Assembly: GCF_018350175.1 (NCBI RefSeq)
Contig: NC_058373.1
Location: forward strand, 115,260,001 to 115,324,000
DNA length: 64,000 bases
Reading direction: 5' to 3'
From: Felis catus
Taxonomy: Eukaryota
How positions within the stretch are numbered: position 1 is the first letter of the stretch; each line of letters begins with the position of its first letter. Below the pieces are notes generated by a model. It did no database searches. It was not told where the DNA came from and was given only the letters and a program-made list of their open reading frames with translations. This document shows positions 58,798 through 64,000 of this stretch, in pieces. The position numbers and the translations under genes were made by a program.

Positions 58798-61700
58798 TGA
58801 AAGCAAAGCCATCTTGACATGCTTCCTGTGCTGGCGGGGTGGTTTTCCTTCAGCTCAGTATGTCATCTGAGGATGAAAATTGGGGAAACCCATCTGGTCA
58901 GCAACGTGGGATCCTGATTTTCATAAAGGTTGGCCCTGTGGTTTGTAGAGGGTATGGCAGAAGGCAAAAGAGTTGGATTAATCAGAGTTGGATTAATCAG
59001 ATCAGATTAATCAGACCACATTGTCTGGACCCCAGAGCCCAAAGTCACACTGAGTGCCGGAGGCATTTTGAATTGCGTATTTGTCTGTCTGGAGTGGTCC
59101 TCAGCCCCCTTAACTGCTCTCCCCCATTTCTCTCTGCCAAGACTGTCCCACGGAGGGGGAGCCAACCTTCTTCCTTCCAGTCACTCTGCCAGAGAGCAAG
59201 AGTAGCCTTGGCCACTAGAAGAGCTAAAACATGAGGGAACGCACCCAGTGAAGGCAGAATGAGAAAAGGTGATGTCGCCCATACAGAATAGAGCCTGAGC
59301 CTCCTTGTGAAATAAAGGGACCTTGTTGCAGCCACATGGCGCCACGGGTGGCCCACAGCGATGGGAAGGGGCTTTTCCCTGATTTTCGTAAGTAAGTGCC
59401 TCACAACCTTTTTAGCTGCAACCCGGGAATGGCGTGTGTGATCCTTCCTCCCGCTCCGTGTCCGGCTCTGGCGTGCAGCTGCTTTAACTTACCAAATGGC
59501 TCAACTCCCCTGTCCCCAGAGCTACTCAGGTCTCTCAAAAGCCAACCCCAGGCTCAGGGGCCACACTGATCTGCGGCCTGTTTCAGTTCAACTGCCTCCT
59601 TCTCATTAGACGGAGTTGATTAATGACTGGATGGCATCATATTTGTCTTCCTAATTCTGACCTTCCTACTACCCGGTCAGCTGCATTGACTTTTTATTGG
59701 AAATGCCATTTATAAAAGGCCCCTCTGGGAAGAGTGTCAGGGTTATGGGGAAGTCAGAGACATGAGGGCCTACAGGCTTTAGGCTTGCCCCCAGCACCCT
59801 CCTGGGGCTGCAGCTCACAAGAGGGAGGCTCAGAGACTTGGGGTTGGGGCTTTTCCTTTTTGACTGAGCCCTGTCAAGAGACCGTAGAGGGTAAGGTTTG
59901 GAGGAGTTAGAAGAATAAACATCTGGAGAGAAAGGAAATGGGGAATGGGGATAGTAAAGGGCGATCAACATTTCAGATAATGAAGGGTTAGGACTTTTGA
60001 TCATTGAATTTTGTCTTTGTATCTTGTTCTTTCTCTAATATGCCCACAAGCATTTGGGGTGAGTGTAAAACATGTACGTGCAACACACGCACTCACACAC
60101 ACAGACTTAGTTTAGTTTGGCATACGAATCACATCTCCTCTGCGTCCTTTTATGTCCCCAATGACGCATATTTGGTGGCCACCACTTTCTTCTGAAAGGA
60201 CCATGTCAAAAATAGAAGACATGAAAGTAAGCATGTGTGAACATGTGTGTGTGTCTCTACCATGTGTAAACGCTTCCTTTCTCTGCGCGCCCCTTCCCCT
60301 GGGTGGTTCACACTTGCCCTCCTTTTGCTGAGATAATTTGCACTCTCCAACTTCGTTAGCTGCAACCCCCCTCCCGCCCTGGGACAAAAAATGGGGCCAA
60401 AGTGTTCAAAAGAACACATGGAGACCCCATTAATGCTGGCCCTAATTGTGCCAATTCAACCCCCTCAATAACTCTAATTAAAACCTGTCTTGTGTGGGGC
60501 GCTGAATGGCAACACAGCTGTCATTCCAAACAATCACATAACAGAGCTATAGAAAGAAAAAAAAAAATGGTCTCTACGTGCAATTTTTGGTGGTGGTTGT
60601 TACGGAAAGGGTCAACGGGGAGGATTAAGACGGGGGTGCAGTCAGAGTGGGGAACCTTGAAAAAAGTTTTCTATGTCAGGGTCACAGTTTGAAATCTGAA
60701 GACCTTTAGCTTTCCCCCCAGTTTGCCCCCCTCTTCCTCCCCCCAGGCAGGAACACCTGCAAACAGACTGGAAGGGGCCATGACCACCAGACACATGGAT
60801 ACCACAAGTCGACTAAAACATCTGAAAGAAAAGGAAAAAAAAAAATCCAACCAACAAAACCGCACACCAAACACTGAGAATGAGGTTTTTTTTTTTTTTT
60901 CTCTGCTTCCACCCTTGTCTTTTAGGACCCAGCTGCACTTTGCTGGGCACCATAAATAACTCTGCAATTACATTAATTGGTTGCATATTTGTTGACACCG
61001 AGGGCAAAGCCCTTGAGGTTGGGGGAGGTGGATTGCAGCTACAACTTAACACTCCTCCACTCAGCCAATCCCTCCAAGGCTGATTTTCCAACCGCCCCGT
61101 TCAGTTTTTCCGGATGGAGGAAAGCAGTGCGCTGACAGGCCCATTTCTGAATAAGCTTTGACAGCCCCCAATCCGACTCGTGTCTCATCTGCTGGCTGTC
61201 CCTGGATCCATTCGTTGAAGCACTGGGTTTAGAAGTTATGTCCCGCTATGGGATAGCTTGAGAGACGGGTTCCTGGCGACACTTGATGGAGTTTAATTCC
61301 CTTTGAGGCAGGGGGTGTGGCGGGCTCATTGTCAGGCATATTGTTTGGATCACATGAGAGCTGGCTAGACTTTTGTCTGAATCCGCAAACCCATCTTGGA
61401 CTCTTCTAATGGCTTGGCCCACCCTAGGGAGTCTCTCGGATTCCATTCCCCGGGAAGCAGTAGGTTCTTAGTTACATCCTTCAGTCTACCTCGGTCAGTG
61501 GACAAGACTTGGGGAGTTCTACTTGAAAACTGGCTCTCTGTTACCCAGAAGGACTTCACCGAGCAGGGTGGAGGGTGAGTGGGGGCAGGTAGAAGAGGCT
61601 GAGCCCCAGGTGCCAGCTCAAAGTTGGCTGAGGACCAGAGACTCAGAACTCATTTTCCCTCTGCCAGAGCTAGCATGGGGGGAATTCCTCTGGGGTCCTG

Positions 61701-62199
61701 GCTTAGGGCTGGGGGATGGGTGAGAGTGTGTCACACACACTGCTGTTGTCTTAGAAGTGGCCCTGCTGAGTGGTCGGTCAGAACCACCCTTGGAGGAGGG
61801 GCGGTGTCTATCTTGCTCCTGGCTGTGTCCTCAGCGCCCGGCCTGAGCCTGGCACGCAGGAGGGTCTCAGCTAATGTCAGATGGTGGATGAAGACCTGAA
61901 GTTCTGGTTTCCAGGTGCTCTGAGTGCTCAATAAGGAAGGAATTACATCAGGCTGAAGTCACGTGGTTCACTTCTATGTGGTACAGTGGAAAGGACGTAG
62001 GCTTTGGAGCCAGCAGATCACGACTTGGGTACATTGACTTTTCAGAGCCATTGTAAGGATAAGTAAGCTCGGATAAGCAACAGGAGTTGCTTCCTTTTCC
62101 TTCCTCAACTAGTTAGGAGAAGGACTTTTTGAATCTAGGCCTCTGCAAAATAAGGATAATGTAGTCCTGCAAATTAGCAAACCCGAAAGCAGGCCAAAT

Positions 62200-62600
62200 G
62201 GGCATGCGCTCACCGCCCACCTGCAGGTCTTTGTTCTTCCCTCTGCCTAGAATGCACTTCTCGGCAGATCTCTGCAAGGTCAGTCCCTCCCTCCTTCAGA
62301 TCCCTGCTCCAACGTCACCCATTGGGGTGGTCTTCTTCCAGCACCCTATCCAAAATAGCAACACCCCCCGCCCACCACTCTCTGTGTCCCTTACCTGCTT
62401 TGTCTTCCTTATGGTGCTATCAGTCCCTGACATATAACGTATCAGTTGATTTGTGTGTTACCTATCTTCTGTTATCACATCTTGAGTTTTATGAGAATAG
62501 GAACTCATTTGTTTTGTTCACTGTTGTATCCATAGCACTTAGAATAGCTACTGACATATAATAGATGCTCAGTTAGTATTTACTGAGTGAATGGATGAGG
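62200..62600 (+). mobile_element. L2 3' end
   Basis: TTCCCTCTGCCTAGAATG...TTTGTTCACTGTTGTATCC.TAGCACTTAGAA...ATAGATGCTCA...TATTTACTGAGTGAATG. Confidence 0.75.
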
Positions 62601-62724
62601 TAGTGACTGATCACCTCACAGGAAGAGAATACCTGGCCCTAAATATTTGTGGGGTCAAGTTACTTCATAATAAATGCACTGGAAGAGGGTGGCCCTTCTC
62701 TCTTTGGGTCCTGACCTGGGGTTC

Positions 62725-62960
62725 CTAGAGCAGAGGTTAGAATCATGGTCTTTGGAGCCAGATGACTCTGGATTCAAATCTTGGCTCCACCCCTCAATAG
62801 CGATGTGAACTTGGGGTAATTGCTCAGCACTTCTGAATCTCCCTTTCCTCATCCCAAGATAATAATGGGTGCTACCTCAAAGACCGTGGGGGTGATTTGA
62901 GATGTTTGAGACGTGTTTAGGACAATTCTTGGCACAAAGTGTATGTAGGACAAATGGTGC
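62725..62960 (+). mobile_element. MIR
   Basis: TTTGGAGCCAGA...GGATTCAAATC...TGTGAACTTGGG...TTTCCTCATC core. Confidence 0.7.
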
Positions 62961-64000
62961 ACCGTTGTCATCATGGTCGTCATCATCTTTATTATTTTGG
63001 GGCCGAGATCCCCCATCACTGAGGGTGGGGCTGCCGGAGGCATGGCGATACCGTGGGCAGAAGGGACAAAAGGGAACGGGGTCTTTTATTTTGAAATTCT
63101 CTCTCCAGCCAATCACACTCAAGGGTGGTAAGCCAAGCCCCCTGTTGCCGCCCTTTATTCCTTTGCTCTCTTACTCCTAAAACTTGCACTGGTTGCCAAT
63201 GGCATAGTCATGTAGATGCAGGACCACGGATTTCTCACAGAGTTCATTCTCTTGAGCTTGAACAGCTGGTGCAGAAGGTCCCCAAATGGTATGTGGGTCA
63301 TTATCACCTTGGCAAGGAATCTGATTCGTATTCAAACGGGAACAGGTTTCTGTCTGAGGCCAGAGTAAATGCCATCCCTTCAAAGAGGCCAAACAGACGA
63401 GTCAGGAACAAATCTGAGTCTTGGTTTTCAGTTTCCCCAGGAGGTTGTTAAATGGGCACACCCTCATTCTCTTACCAGCCACCAAGAGCTGTTCATAGAT
63501 GCGCACGAAGGAGATTGCTTGTTCTGGGGGCTCTCGAACCGTCAGTCCATGCTGACTTTTTCTGGGATAAATGTCAGCATTTATCTACCCATTCCCCCCG
63601 TACTCAACTATATTGTATGATTATATTACATTTATATGTGCACATGGAAACACATGATACACATAGGAACCCTAGTCATCCCCCGCTTTTGGGGAGTTGG
63701 AAACAATGTGGGTTTTGGAATTATCTAGATCTCACCTTCAAATTCTAGTTTTGCCATGTGGTAGCATTGTGACCCAGGTCAAGTCACTCTCTGTAGAAGC
63801 ATAGCTGGTTAGAAGGTCCTAGGGGAAAACCCAGTGTTGCTCCACCTGCGCGAATACCTTCTGCAAATCAACAGGAGCTCTCCTCACCTCTCCGGCAGGA
63901 GAAATGGGGCTGGTTAAGCAAAACCTGGGCTGTGATGCCTTGCGCTGTTTGTGCCTGTTCACAATAATTTATAAACCGTGCTGTGTAACTAATACCTACC

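Noticed and set aside
1..64000. CRISPR arrays, operons, rRNA or other prokaryote-type systems
   Set aside because: Mammalian intron-containing DNA; no regularly spaced repeat-spacer arrays or rRNA-like sequence seen.

Overview
Eukaryotic (mammalian, almost certainly felid) genomic DNA. About 38 tRNA-derived CanSINEs are present, including young feline SINEC_Fc-type copies. The only supported protein-coding gene is the complete five-exon SLC10A1 (NTCP; hepatic Na+/taurocholate cotransporter and hepadnavirus entry receptor) on the minus strand. Its CDS is join(complement 21979-22334, 12801-13011, 6731-6909, 4971-5167, 2931-3037) = 356+211+179+197+107 = 1050 nt = 349 aa + TAG, all introns GT-AG. 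The remaining ~41 kb upstream is non-coding: a cluster of solo LTRs (23.8-35.2 kb), L1/L2/MIR/MaLR/hAT remnants, microsatellites, and a SINE-poor, CpG- and homeobox-motif-rich right end that probably holds regulatory elements (recalled human order SRSF5 - SLC10A1 - SMOC1). I found no evidence for a novel multi-gene system. The most interesting signals are in NTCP itself (virus-receptor residues, an Ntcp2-like 317-aa read-through, a rodent-like tail hidden in the +1 frame, N103T) and in several unusual insertion/rearrangement structures. Repeat family names and cross-species comparisons come from recall, not database searches; repeat boundaries without target-site duplications (TSDs) are approximate.
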